Below are positions 22,076 to 31,287 of a DNA stretch of 34,653 nt, one piece after another. Positions within the stretch are counted from its first letter, which is position 1; each line of letters begins with the position of its first letter. Origin of the DNA: a virus; IMG/VR virus record IMGVR_UViG_3300022213_000002; one strand, 5' to 3'. The notes under the pieces were generated by a model. That model was not told where the DNA came from. It saw nothing but the letters and a program-made list of their open reading frames with translations, and made no database searches. The translations under genes were made by a program, and so were the position numbers.

Positions 22076-24151
22076 GTGACGGATCGTACACGCGCCGAGC
22101 ATGATCTCTCGGTGGCACGGAGGCTGACCGAGGCCGGCGTGCCGTTGTTCCTGGCCGCCCCGGACGGGGCCGGTGGGTGGCACCTGCCCATGGGCTGGGA
22201 GCAGACCCCGGTCGATGCGGCTGCGGTCGATCGGTGGCGCCCCGGCATGGCGCTGTGTGCGGTCATGGGGCACGTGCTGGACGTGCTCGATGTCGACCCC
22301 CGCAACGGCGGCATGGACGGGCTGACGACGCTACAGAATGCGGGCGAGTGGCCGGAGCACCTCGGCGTCGTGTCGACCCCGTCGGGTGGGGAGCATTACT
22401 GGCTCCCCGTGCTCGGCCAGCGCAAGGGGAAGGCCGCGGCCGGTGTCGATTATCAGGGTGGCGCCCCGGACGGTCGGGGGCGCGGGTTCGTGTTCCTGCC
22501 ACCCACCGTGGCGCGCTCCAAGGTCGACGGCCAGGGGCGGCGGTATGCGTGGATCACTGATCCACGGCTCGACGCGCTTGCGTCGCGGGCCCCCGGGGCC
22601 GCCGCGGTCAAACTGGCGGCCCGCCTGGCCGAACGGGACGTCGCCCGGCCGGGCGGGGTGCCCGCGGCGGTCGTCGACGACGATCCGCTCTGCGACCCGG
22701 GGGGCATCGTCGCGGCCGGGGAGGGTGCGGTGCTGGCGCACGTGCGGCAGCTGGCCGAGCAGCTGGCCGATGCGCCGGAGGGTGAGGGCAACGACACGGC
22801 GGCCAGGCTGGCCTACATGGCCGGCCAGTATGTGGGCGCGGGGCAGCTGGACGCGCACGAGGCGCGCGACGCGCTCATGGCCGGCGTCGGGGGATGGTCC
22901 TGGCGTCGGCCGGAGGACGCCCGGGGGATGCGGGACACGGTCACAGCCCAGATCCGCGCCGGGGCCCGCAACCCGCGGGCGTGGACGGAGGTCGTGACCG
23001 CGAATCACGGAATCACGGATGACGTCACGGCATCCGTGATTCCTCCCGTGACCGCGCCGATGTGGCTCCGGCCGCTGACCTATGCGGATCTCGCGGCCCG
23101 GCCGCGGCCGCGGCCGCTCATCCGCCGGGTGCTCAATCTGGATTCGGACGCCTGGCTCATCGGGGCGTCGGGGACGGGCAAGAGCTTCCTGGCCCTGGAC
23201 TGGGCGCTACATGTGGCCACGGGCCGCCCGTGGGACGGCAGGCAGGTACGGCAGGGACGGACGTTGTATGTGGCCGGAGAGGGCGTATCCGGGCTCTGCC
23301 AGCGCATCGACGCGTGGGCGGGGGAGCATGGCGAATCCATCCCTGATGATTTTCTGGTGGTCGACCGGGCGATCCAAGCCGGAGATCCGGAGCAGTGGGG
23401 CGCGCTGATCGCGCTCGTCCGCGAGATCGAGCCGGTCCTGATCGTGCTGGATACGCAGGCCAGGATGACGCTCGGCATGGAGGAGAACAGCAATTCGGAC
23501 ATGAGTCGATTTGTCGAACAGGTCTCGCGCCTGCGCCGGTCCTGCGGGGCCTGCGTGCTGGTCGTCCACCACACCGGCCGTTCCGGAGGGGACGCGCGCG
23601 GCGCCTCCGCCATCGACGGGGCGCAGGACATGGAGTGGACCGTCGAGCGGCTCAACGACGGGCCGGACGGGCTGCGACGCGTCAGGCTCACCTGCTCAAA
23701 GAGCAAGGACGGCCAGGACGGGGAGGCCCTGATCCTGGACATGCCGAAGGTCGACCTTGGGGTGGACGCGGAGGCCGGGCCGCTGTCCAGCCTGGTGATT
23801 CGCGTGCAGGGTCCGTGGACGCCGGCCACGGAGGAAGCGCCGAAGGTAGACCTTCCGGCTGTGCAGCGCGAGGCATATGACGTGCTGCGGAACATCGCGC
23901 CATCCGACGGGGTGACCATGGCGGAGCTCAACAAAATGATCAACGAGAAGCGCAAGGAGCGCGCGGGCGAGGGCAAAAAGTTCCGGGAGCTACCCCGCGC
24001 CACGCTCACGGAGGCGGTCGCCGGGGTCGGTGGCAAGGTGAGCAAGGACGGCCAGGGGGGACTGGTGTCGACCGGGCTGCTCGCTCGGAACGGGACAAAG
24101 TACGCGGACGCGGATCGGTTCGAAAAGTGGCGTGAAAGCCACGCTTCGTAG
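22076..24151 (+). CDS. Bifunctional primase-polymerase / RepA-DnaB-like ATPase replicase
   Basis: N-terminal prim-pol-like region (LDVLDVDPRNGG). Walker A GASGTGKS and Walker B VLIVLDT in the central ATPase domain. C-terminal wHTH-like tail. Confidence 0.85.
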   Translation: MTDRTRAEHDLSVARRLTEAGVPLFLAAPDGAGGWHLPMGWEQTPVDAAAVDRWRPGMALCAVMGHVLDVLDVDPRNGGMDGLTTLQNAGEWPEHLGVVSTPSGGEHYWLPVLGQRKGKAAAGVDYQGGAPDGRGRGFVFLPPTVARSKVDGQGRRYAWITDPRLDALASRAPGAAAVKLAARLAERDVARPGGVPAAVVDDDPLCDPGGIVAAGEGAVLAHVRQLAEQLADAPEGEGNDTAARLAYMAGQYVGAGQLDAHEARDALMAGVGGWSWRRPEDARGMRDTVTAQIRAGARNPRAWTEVVTANHGITDDVTASVIPPVTAPMWLRPLTYADLAARPRPRPLIRRVLNLDSDAWLIGASGTGKSFLALDWALHVATGRPWDGRQVRQGRTLYVAGEGVSGLCQRIDAWAGEHGESIPDDFLVVDRAIQAGDPEQWGALIALVREIEPVLIVLDTQARMTLGMEENSNSDMSRFVEQVSRLRRSCGACVLVVHHTGRSGGDARGASAIDGAQDMEWTVERLNDGPDGLRRVRLTCSKSKDGQDGEALILDMPKVDLGVDAEAGPLSSLVIRVQGPWTPATEEAPKVDLPAVQREAYDVLRNIAPSDGVTMAELNKMINEKRKERAGEGKKFRELPRATLTEAVAGVGGKVSKDGQGGLVSTGLLARNGTKYADADRFEKWRESHAS
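23003..23041. repeat. Intragenic cluster of the 9-mer AATCACGGA / TCCGTGATT (2 direct, 1 inverted, 2 degenerate copies)
   Basis: aatcacggaatcacggatgacgtcacggcatccgtgatt, in the linker between the prim-pol and ATPase domains. Confidence 0.8.
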
Positions 24152-24490
24152 TCACGGACAGTCGGAGAGTAATCACGGATGATCTTGCCAAAAACAAGAT
24201 CATCCGTGATGAATCCGTGATTGGTTTCGTCGATGTCAACGGAGAATCACGGAATGGTCCGTTATTTGATCATGGCTCTGACCAGCGACTTTGTGGCAAA
24301 TCACGGAGCCTCCGTGATTTTTCCGTGATTCCCGGTCCCCGCGAGGGGCCAATCACGGAGATAACGGGCCCCCTTAGGGGCCCGTATCCGTGATTGGCCC
24401 CGCGACCGCAGAATTTGATCTTGGTAGTTACGAGAATTTGATCTTGACGGTCGCGGGGGCCGGGTGTGGCCACACCCGGCCGAACCCTCG
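24151..24490. promoter_or_regulatory. Putative replication origin: about 10 iterons AATCACGGA/TCCGTGATT, nested palindromes, AT-richer tracts
   Basis: Forward copies at 24171, 24245, 24299, 24351. Reverse copies at 24203, 24214, 24311, 24322, 24387. 16-bp inverted repeat at 24172-24210. Direct repeat agaatttgatcttg x2. 24-bp palindrome at 24458-24481. Confidence 0.65.
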
Positions 24491-24522
24491 TCGTCGACGA
24501 CATGGGTGGACGAGGGGCGGTA

Positions 24523-24945
24523 ATGATGGGGTATGGTGGCGACATGACGAGACAGCGGGCGCCCCGAGCGGGGACACCGGAGGCCGAGCGGGCCGAGCGG
24601 ACCAACCTGGCCCTGGCCGCCCTGGCCGATCCCGAGCAACCGCCGTGCTGGCGCAATCCGCGGACCGGCACGTTCGGGGGCCTGCCCCTGAGTGCTGAGC
24701 GCCTCGGCCCCGCCTGGCGGGCGATGTGGCGGGTGCTCTGCCAGCCGGGCTGGCACCCGCAGTGGGAGCTCATCGCTGCGGTGCCGGTCGACCTCGCCCT
24801 GGCCGAAGTCACGATGACCAACATGCTGGCCGAGGCTCGGCGTAGCGGGCTCATCGTCCCGGACGTCCGCCGGGGGGCGGGGCCGCGCGTCAGCCGCCAG
24901 CCGGCCGCGGCGTACCGGGCACTGGGGACGGGGGCGGAACTGTGA
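24523..24945 (+). CDS. Hypothetical protein (possible winged-helix DNA-binding protein); start uncertain (24466, 24523 or 24544)
   Basis: RBS GAGGGG 5 nt before the ATG at 24523. First ORF after the iteron region. Confidence 0.6.
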   Translation: MMGYGGDMTRQRAPRAGTPEAERAERTNLALAALADPEQPPCWRNPRTGTFGGLPLSAERLGPAWRAMWRVLCQPGWHPQWELIAAVPVDLALAEVTMTNMLAEARRSGLIVPDVRRGAGPRVSRQPAAAYRALGTGAEL

Positions 24946-25520
24946 CCCGCCGCGCGACGACGCGCACCAGCGAGGTGCACCCGGACATCGGGTCTGCGCA
25001 CCAGTGGTTGGTGCGCGGCACGCCACGGCCCAAGGGATCACTTCAGGTGGTGGATGGCGAGCGTGGGTATGTCCGGGATTCGGAGGCGTCCTGCCGCTGG
25101 CGCGGGACCATGGCCGCGGCCATGGTCGAGACTGCGGCTGTGACGCGGAGGCGTCCGGGTGGCCGGGTGAAGGTGTTCGAGGTTCGGCCAGGGTGGCCGC
25201 TCCAGTGCCCTGTGGTGGTTGCTGCCGAGTTTGGCTTCCTCCGGCCGGGGTCGGTGCACCCCGGGTCGGATGCGGCGCCCGTGGGGGCTCGGGAGCCGGA
25301 CGTCGACAAACTCCTGCGCAACGTGCTGGACGCGATGGTGGACGCTAAGATCATTCAGGATGACGGCCTGGTGGTGATGGCGGCCGGGTGGAAACGCTAC
25401 AGCCCCACGGAGGGCGCGCTCATCTCGCTGGGTGTCCCGTCCGCCGCGTACGGGTCGGACGCCTGGCTGGACGGGCTCCGCGCCCACTGGGCCGAGGTGA
25501 ACGGGGGCCCGTTCAGCTAA
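24942..25520 (+). CDS. rusA: RusA-family Holliday junction resolvase
   Basis: GTPRPKGS near the N-terminus and EPDVDKLLRNVLDAMVDAKIIQDDGLVV, matching the RusA D-x-D-N/K...DD signature. GTGA start overlap. Confidence 0.8.
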   Translation: MTRRATTRTSEVHPDIGSAHQWLVRGTPRPKGSLQVVDGERGYVRDSEASCRWRGTMAAAMVETAAVTRRRPGGRVKVFEVRPGWPLQCPVVVAAEFGFLRPGSVHPGSDAAPVGAREPDVDKLLRNVLDAMVDAKIIQDDGLVVMAAGWKRYSPTEGALISLGVPSAAYGSDAWLDGLRAHWAEVNGGPFS

Positions 25521-25525
25521 ACCGC

Positions 25526-25573
25526 CGCAAATGTCCCATTTGCGATAAATTTTGTAAATTGGAGGGGGTCTCG
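25526..25573 (+). promoter_or_regulatory. Hairpin CGCAAATG-tcc-CATTTGCG followed by an AT-rich stretch (ataaattttgtaaatt): terminator/promoter at the start of the packaging-structural block
   Basis: 8-bp perfect stem at 25526-25544. This is the most AT-rich 30 bp in the neighbourhood and sits directly before RBS GGAGGGGG. Confidence 0.5.
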
Positions 25574-26065
25574 ATGGCAGGGGGGTTCCAGCCGCCGGCG
25601 GATCGCGACGAGCGCAACGCCATGATCTGGATCGACCATGTCCGTGGGATGACCGGGCGCGCCATCGCCCGCAAGTACCGACTGTCAGAGGCGGCGATCT
25701 CCATCATTCTGGCTGACGAGCGCCGCAAGCGCCCGAAGTTCGACCGGGACGATGAGATCGAGCGCATGGCCGAATCGCTTCGGGACATGCGGGAGCGGCT
25801 GGGTGAGCTCTCCCTGGCCGAACTTCCGCCGGCGTACTCCAACGGCCGGATGATGGTCGACGGCGACGGCGCGCCGATCCTTGACGCGGGGCCGCGCGTT
25901 GTCGCGCTACGCCAGGTCGCGGCGCTTGAGGCGCAGCTGGCCACGCTACGCGGGCTCAACGCCCCGACGCAGACCCGTGTCGAGGTGACGACCGGCGAGC
26001 CGGAGGCCGCGGCCGCCCTGGCCGAACAGGCTGTGGCGCTGTTGCACGGGGGCGAAACGGAATGA
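25574..26065 (+). CDS. Terminase small subunit-like protein (N-terminal HTH, C-terminal coiled coil)
   Basis: GMTGRAIARKYRLSEAAISIIL is an HTH-like segment. Lies upstream of terL. Helical E/R/L-rich remainder. Confidence 0.55.
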   Translation: MAGGFQPPADRDERNAMIWIDHVRGMTGRAIARKYRLSEAAISIILADERRKRPKFDRDDEIERMAESLRDMRERLGELSLAELPPAYSNGRMMVDGDGAPILDAGPRVVALRQVAALEAQLATLRGLNAPTQTRVEVTTGEPEAAAALAEQAVALLHGGETE

Positions 26066-26090
26066 TCAAGGGAACTACGGAGGACGGATC

Positions 26091-26978
26091 ATGAGAAAGA
26101 TGCTGATTTGCGTCAGCGCCGCGTTGCTGCTGCTCGCTGGCTGCCGGGGTGAGCCCGACGTCCCACCGCGACGAGCTCCGGCGCCGAGTCCGGTCGCGGT
26201 GCAGGAGTCGATGGGGCTCGCGCCAGCCACCGTCGTGCCGACCGCCTGCCCGGACATCGTGCCCGCGCAGCAGCCGGCCGGTACGCCGCTGACCATCGTC
26301 GCGGTGGGGGACAGCATCACGCACGCCTGCCGGTGGCAGGTCGAGTACTCGCGCCTGCTGGCCACGGCCGGCGTGCCGCATCGGATCGTCACGTACGCCG
26401 TGAGTGCCACCGATTGTACATATTGGACCGGTCGGATCGGCCAGGTGTTGAGCCAGACGCAGCCTGATGTCGCGGTGCTCTACTGCGGCACAGGCGACAA
26501 ACCGGACGAGCAGTGCTATGGGGAGCCGTGCACGGCATGGGCGTACCGGTTCCTGGTGGAGGCGATCCACGGCAGCCGGCCCGCGGCTCCACCGCTGATC
26601 GTCCACACGGTGATCGGCGTGTCCGATCCCATGCTCGCGCCGATGGACATGTGGAATGACTCCGAGCCGCGGACCATCGACATCATGTGGAGTCAGATGT
26701 TGCGCTATCCGACGGACTGGTACGCGGGGGTCGTGCCGGTCGACCGCATGCCGGCCACGGCCACCTATCTGGACGGCGAGGGATGTGATCCCAGCGTGAG
26801 CGTCTGTGGCATCCACCCCAACGAGCACGGGTACGTGACCATCGGACGTCTGATGTACGACGGGACGCAGGCTCGGATGGGCTGGCCCCTGGCGACGGCC
26901 CTCGGGGAACCTGTCCTGTGCGGCATGTCCGGCCATCGGCGCGGGTACCCGCGCCCGTCCTACGTTCCGTGCCCGTGA
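26091..26978 (+). CDS. Secreted lipoprotein with SGNH/GDSL hydrolase domain
   Basis: Signal peptide MRKMLICVSAALLLLAGC with lipobox LAGC (Cys18). Block I VAVGDSIT. Block V-like GIHPNEHGY. Confidence 0.75.
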   Translation: MRKMLICVSAALLLLAGCRGEPDVPPRRAPAPSPVAVQESMGLAPATVVPTACPDIVPAQQPAGTPLTIVAVGDSITHACRWQVEYSRLLATAGVPHRIVTYAVSATDCTYWTGRIGQVLSQTQPDVAVLYCGTGDKPDEQCYGEPCTAWAYRFLVEAIHGSRPAAPPLIVHTVIGVSDPMLAPMDMWNDSEPRTIDIMWSQMLRYPTDWYAGVVPVDRMPATATYLDGEGCDPSVSVCGIHPNEHGYVTIGRLMYDGTQARMGWPLATALGEPVLCGMSGHRRGYPRPSYVPCP

Positions 26979-26993
26979 GCGGGCAGGGCAACG

Positions 26994-28553
26994 ATGGCCC
27001 GATGGGATGACGCCTGGCTCCGTCGGCTCGCGTCGATCCTGGTGGATCTTCCGTTTCGCGAGCCGACGGAGCGGCGCGCGGTCCGACGGGCCCTGGCGTC
27101 CGATCCGGTCGCATTCGCAGTGATCTACCTCGGAAAGCACATCACTGCGGCAGACGGTTCGATCACCCTGGCCGCTGTCCACAGGGCGTGGGCCCGGACC
27201 GCGGAGGAGCGCATCGCTGAGCGCTCCCCGGAGCCGGGGGTTGATCGGCTTGTTGAGGTGGCGCCGCGCGAGACCGGCAAGACCACCTGGTGGTTCCTGA
27301 TCATCCCGTTGTGGGCCGCGGCCAACCGGCACACGCGGTTCTTCGCCGCGTTCGCCGCGGCGGCCAGCCAGGCTGAGGGACATCTGGCGACACTCAAGGG
27401 TGAGTTGGACACCAATCCGCTCCTGCGTAACGACTATCCCGAACTCTGCCTGCCACTGCGACGCGCCACCGGCGCGTTGGTGGCGGATCGCCAGGGGATG
27501 CTGCACATGATGGGCGGCATGGTGTTCGCGGCCAGGGGCATCGATTCGTCGGTGCTCGGCCTGAAGGTCCGTGAGCGCAGGCCGGATCTGATCGTGTTGG
27601 ACGATATCGAACCTGACGAGGCGAGCTACTCCCCCGAGCTGGCACGCAAGCGCCTCGGGACGCTGCGGGATGCCATCCTGCCGCTCAACGTCTACGCGTT
27701 CGTGGCGCTGGTGGGCACCGTGACCATGCCGGGATCCGCGGTGCACCAGGCCGTGCAGCACGCTGCCGGCACCCGGGAGAGCGAGTGGGTAGCGGAGGAC
27801 CACTGGACGGTTCGTCATCACCAGGCGATCGTCCGGGACGCGGATGGCGCGGAGCGGTCCCTATGGGAGCGCAAGTGGCCGATCGCCTGGCTGCAATCCA
27901 TCAGGCATACCCGCTCATATGCGAAGAACTACGCAAATGACCCGATGGGCCGCGAGGGACAGTACTGGCGCGGGGAGGACTTCCGGTACGGCCAGCTGGC
28001 GGGCGTCACGCGGGTGGGGCTGTGGGTCGACCCCGCGGTGACCACCGGTGAGCGCAGCGACTTCACGGGGCTGGCGATCGTCGAATGGGTGCCGCCGGCC
28101 AGGACGGATGCTGACCAGGCACTGCGCCGGCGGGACCCGGGCCAGTGCCTGGTCAGTTACGTGCGGGAGGTCAAGCTCACGGGCCGCCCCCTGCGGAAGT
28201 TCGTCCTGGCCCTCCTGGCCGAACGCCAGGACGTGCGCCTGGTCACGGTGGAGACCAATCAGGGCGGCGACCTGTGGCGTGAGGTGTTTGACGACTTCCC
28301 CGTGCGGGTGCGCACCCACCATGCAACGCTCCCGAAGGAGGTGCGTTTCGCGCAGGCGCTGGAGTACTACCAAGGCGGCCTGGTGACGCACACGCAACAC
28401 TGGCCGGATATGGAACTGGAGGCTGTGAGCTGGCCGCTCGTGCCTCATGATGACGGGCTGGACGCCACGGTGGCGGGGGTGCGGCACTTCCTCGCGCCAC
28501 CCGATGATGGCAAGATTCAGGTGCGGCGCACCACCGGCACGATCGCGCGTTAG
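26994..28553 (+). CDS. terL: Terminase large subunit
   Basis: Walker A-like PRETGKTTW, Walker B LIVLDDIEPDE, C-terminal nuclease-type acidic motifs. Lies upstream of the portal gene. Confidence 0.9.
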   Translation: MARWDDAWLRRLASILVDLPFREPTERRAVRRALASDPVAFAVIYLGKHITAADGSITLAAVHRAWARTAEERIAERSPEPGVDRLVEVAPRETGKTTWWFLIIPLWAAANRHTRFFAAFAAAASQAEGHLATLKGELDTNPLLRNDYPELCLPLRRATGALVADRQGMLHMMGGMVFAARGIDSSVLGLKVRERRPDLIVLDDIEPDEASYSPELARKRLGTLRDAILPLNVYAFVALVGTVTMPGSAVHQAVQHAAGTRESEWVAEDHWTVRHHQAIVRDADGAERSLWERKWPIAWLQSIRHTRSYAKNYANDPMGREGQYWRGEDFRYGQLAGVTRVGLWVDPAVTTGERSDFTGLAIVEWVPPARTDADQALRRRDPGQCLVSYVREVKLTGRPLRKFVLALLAERQDVRLVTVETNQGGDLWREVFDDFPVRVRTHHATLPKEVRFAQALEYYQGGLVTHTQHWPDMELEAVSWPLVPHDDGLDATVAGVRHFLAPPDDGKIQVRRTTGTIAR

Positions 28554-28562
28554 GGGAAGCGG

Positions 28563-28751
28563 ATGGCTCGGCAGAAGCGTGGGGGCATGCCCGGAGGGTT
28601 CAAGTCCAAGGCGCAATGGCGCATGTTCTTCGCAAACCCGAAGTTGCGCAAGTATGCAAAGAAAGAGGCACGTAAGGTGATCGCGCGGGCGGGTAAGGTG
28701 ACCGGGTTCCGGTCACTGCCTGCGCGCAAGGGCGTTCGGAGGCGTACATGA
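28563..28751 (+). CDS. Small basic protein, 62 aa (KSKAQWRMFFAN motif, DUF3008-like from memory)
   Basis: ORF between terL and portal, with ATGA overlap to the portal start. Confidence 0.6.
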   Translation: MARQKRGGMPGGFKSKAQWRMFFANPKLRKYAKKEARKVIARAGKVTGFRSLPARKGVRRRT

Positions 28752-30232
28752 TCCCGGAGCAGGATGACCTCTTGACCGCTGTCAATGAGATCGTTGACAG
28801 CGACGGGGGGTACGCCGAGGCGCTGGAGTACTTCAACGGCGACATTGAGGAAGTGTTCGCCACGCCGTTCATCCGCTCCCTGCTGCGTCAGACCAGGCTG
28901 CGGCATCCGTTTGTGGTCGCGCGGACCCCGGTCACCTCCATGGCTGCCCGCCTGCGTCTGGCCGGCGTCACGGGGGCGGATGATGCGCAGACGCGTGCAG
29001 TCGACGACCTGCGGACCCGTGAGCGGATGCCACTGCTCGAGCCGTACCTGGAGGAGCGTGCCCTGACCTTCGGGGACTGCTATGCCCTGGTCTGGCCGGA
29101 CGAGGACACCGGCAGGGCGACCATCCGGTACCGGTCCCCACGGCTGGTCCGGATGGTTTACGAGGATGGCAATCCCCTGGGGGCCATGTACGCGATCAAT
29201 CGCTGGCGCGTGGGTAACCGCTGGCGGGCCGACCTGTACTACCCGGACTACGTGATGCGCTGGATCAGCCTGCCGGATGTCAGGGATGGCTGCGATGCTG
29301 CGGACTGGATTCCGTTTTCTGATGACGGGGCCGATCCCGAGCTCGCCAACGAGTATGGTGCGCTGCCGTTCTTCCATTTCCGGACCGGCCTGCCGCACGG
29401 GCGTCCCGTGCATGCGGACGCCATGGGGCCACAGGATGCGATCAACAAGCTGTTGTCACTGGTGGTGGTCAGTGCGGACGAGCAGGGGTGGCCGTACCGG
29501 TACGAGCTGGTGGACCCCAAGGGTGTGCTTGACCAGAATGGGAATGATCCAGATTGGGACGATGACGCGGAGGGTGCGCAGGACGTCGGCGCGCTCGGTA
29601 GGCGCACCAGCCGGCGGGGTGGTCCCGGGGTGGTGGACACCTTGCAGGGGATTACCGAGGTTGGGCAGCTCGAGCCTGGCGCGTCCGACAACCTCACGGG
29701 GCCGGTCGAGCAGTTCTTCCGGGTCGCCGCCCAGGCGACCACGACGCCGCTGCACTACTTCTCCCCGCAGGGCGACGCGCCCAGCGGGGAGAGCCTACGG
29801 GCGGCAGACGCTCCGGCGGTCGACCTGGCGCGATCGATCCAGCGACTCTATGGTGCGACATACAGTGACATGTACGAATTCGCTCTGAGGATTGACGGTA
29901 TCGAAGGCGCGTCCGTCGCCTGCGAGTGGGCGCCGCTCGTCCGCATCGACGATGCCGCCGGGTGGGAAGCGGTGCAGGCGCGCCAGACGGCGGGCGTGCC
30001 CGCCGATGTCACGCTGCGGGAGGCCGGATACACCGAGAGCCAGGTACGGCAGTGGGCTGGCGCGCAGCCTGGCGACCTGTCGCTGACCCGGCGGATCGAG
30101 CTCATCGGCCAGGTGGGCGGCATGGCTGCGGACTTCGCCGCCGCCGGCGACCTGATCGACCAGGGTGCGGCCAGGGATGTCCTGGGCTCCCTGCTGGCCG
30201 AGCTTGCCGCCGGCGGCGGGTTGCCGCTGTGA
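28748..30232 (+). CDS. Portal protein (SPP1 gp6-like)
   Basis: 494-aa ORF immediately after the terminase genes and before the MuF-like gene. Confidence 0.85.
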   Translation: MIPEQDDLLTAVNEIVDSDGGYAEALEYFNGDIEEVFATPFIRSLLRQTRLRHPFVVARTPVTSMAARLRLAGVTGADDAQTRAVDDLRTRERMPLLEPYLEERALTFGDCYALVWPDEDTGRATIRYRSPRLVRMVYEDGNPLGAMYAINRWRVGNRWRADLYYPDYVMRWISLPDVRDGCDAADWIPFSDDGADPELANEYGALPFFHFRTGLPHGRPVHADAMGPQDAINKLLSLVVVSADEQGWPYRYELVDPKGVLDQNGNDPDWDDDAEGAQDVGALGRRTSRRGGPGVVDTLQGITEVGQLEPGASDNLTGPVEQFFRVAAQATTTPLHYFSPQGDAPSGESLRAADAPAVDLARSIQRLYGATYSDMYEFALRIDGIEGASVACEWAPLVRIDDAAGWEAVQARQTAGVPADVTLREAGYTESQVRQWAGAQPGDLSLTRRIELIGQVGGMAADFAAAGDLIDQGAARDVLGSLLAELAAGGGLPL

Positions 30233-31272
30233 CGCAGCCCGCGCCCGCGGCCCGACCGGTCACCGATCCCTATGCGCAGCCCCTGCTGGACGCACAGGCC
30301 CTGGCGCTGGAGCTGGCGGCCGCCGCAGCGGTAACAGCCACGCTGGTAGCGGGTGTCGCTACCAGCGTGGCTCTGCTGCGGGCGGGTGACCCCCGCGCTG
30401 CGGCTGCGTCGCTCCTGGCCCTGGCGCGCCGCGGCGCGCCGGCTACCCGCCTGGCCGTGGCACTTGAGACGCGCCTACCGCAGGCGCGCCAGCTCGGCTG
30501 GGAGCATTCGCGCGCCGTGCTCCGGGCGCAGCGCATGCCCGTCGACGAGCTGCCGCCCGCGTGGTCGGACGTCAAGGACGAGATCCTCGGCGAACCCTGG
30601 TCGGATATCACGGACCATGTGCTGGAGACGATCGACGACCGGGCGCGGGAGGATCTCGGGCTCGCCGCGGTTGAGATCCGGCGAAGTGACGGCGCGGCGA
30701 CCGACGAGCTGATCGTCAAGATGCAACGCCCGGCGGGCCGGGCGGGTGCGGCTGTGCGCGAGGCTGCCAACGCGACGATCAACGCGGGGGCGCAGGATGC
30801 CGCGCGGGTGGCGGACGTGCCGTTGGTATGGGTTGCCGAGCGGGACGCCTGCCTGACATGCCTCGCGTTGTCCGGCCAGGTGGCCGCCCCTGGCGGGATG
30901 TTTGCCGATCTGACGTTCGACGACCAGCCGTTGCGGTGGTCCGGCTGGTCCGGCGGACCGCCACCGCGACACCCGCGCTGCCGCTGCCGCGCCTGGCCGT
31001 ACGACGGCGGGCCGCCGGTGCTGGCTCGGAGCGTGTCCGGCGCGGGATACTCCACGGCCCTGGCCCGGGAGGCGCGACGCTCGGTAGCCAGGGGCTGGAG
31101 TGGCTCGGCCGGGCTGCAGCGGCGCCTCCGGGCTGCCGAGCGCATGATCGGCCAGGGTACGGCTGCCCTGCCCCGCACGGTGGTCGACCGTGCCCGGCGG
31201 GATGTCGCGCGCGGCGAATTCAGTGATCGACACGCACGGAAGGTGCCCCGACTCCGGGGCGGCACGCGATAG
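30229..31272 (+). CDS. MuF-like head morphogenesis / minor capsid protein (SPP1 gp7 family)
   Basis: GTG at 30229 overlaps the portal stop (GTGA). Signature VAERDACLTCLALSGQV. The longer track ORF from 29926 overlaps the portal gene. Confidence 0.75.
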   Translation: MTQPAPAARPVTDPYAQPLLDAQALALELAAAAAVTATLVAGVATSVALLRAGDPRAAAASLLALARRGAPATRLAVALETRLPQARQLGWEHSRAVLRAQRMPVDELPPAWSDVKDEILGEPWSDITDHVLETIDDRAREDLGLAAVEIRRSDGAATDELIVKMQRPAGRAGAAVREAANATINAGAQDAARVADVPLVWVAERDACLTCLALSGQVAAPGGMFADLTFDDQPLRWSGWSGGPPPRHPRCRCRAWPYDGGPPVLARSVSGAGYSTALAREARRSVARGWSGSAGLQRRLRAAERMIGQGTAALPRTVVDRARRDVARGEFSDRHARKVPRLRGGTR

Positions 31273-31287
31273 ATCGGAGGAAATCCA

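Noticed and set aside
25956-27821. 621-aa minus-strand ORF
   Set aside because: It is antisense to the SGNH lipoprotein and TerL genes, both of which carry clear motifs. Its composition is R/P/G-rich.
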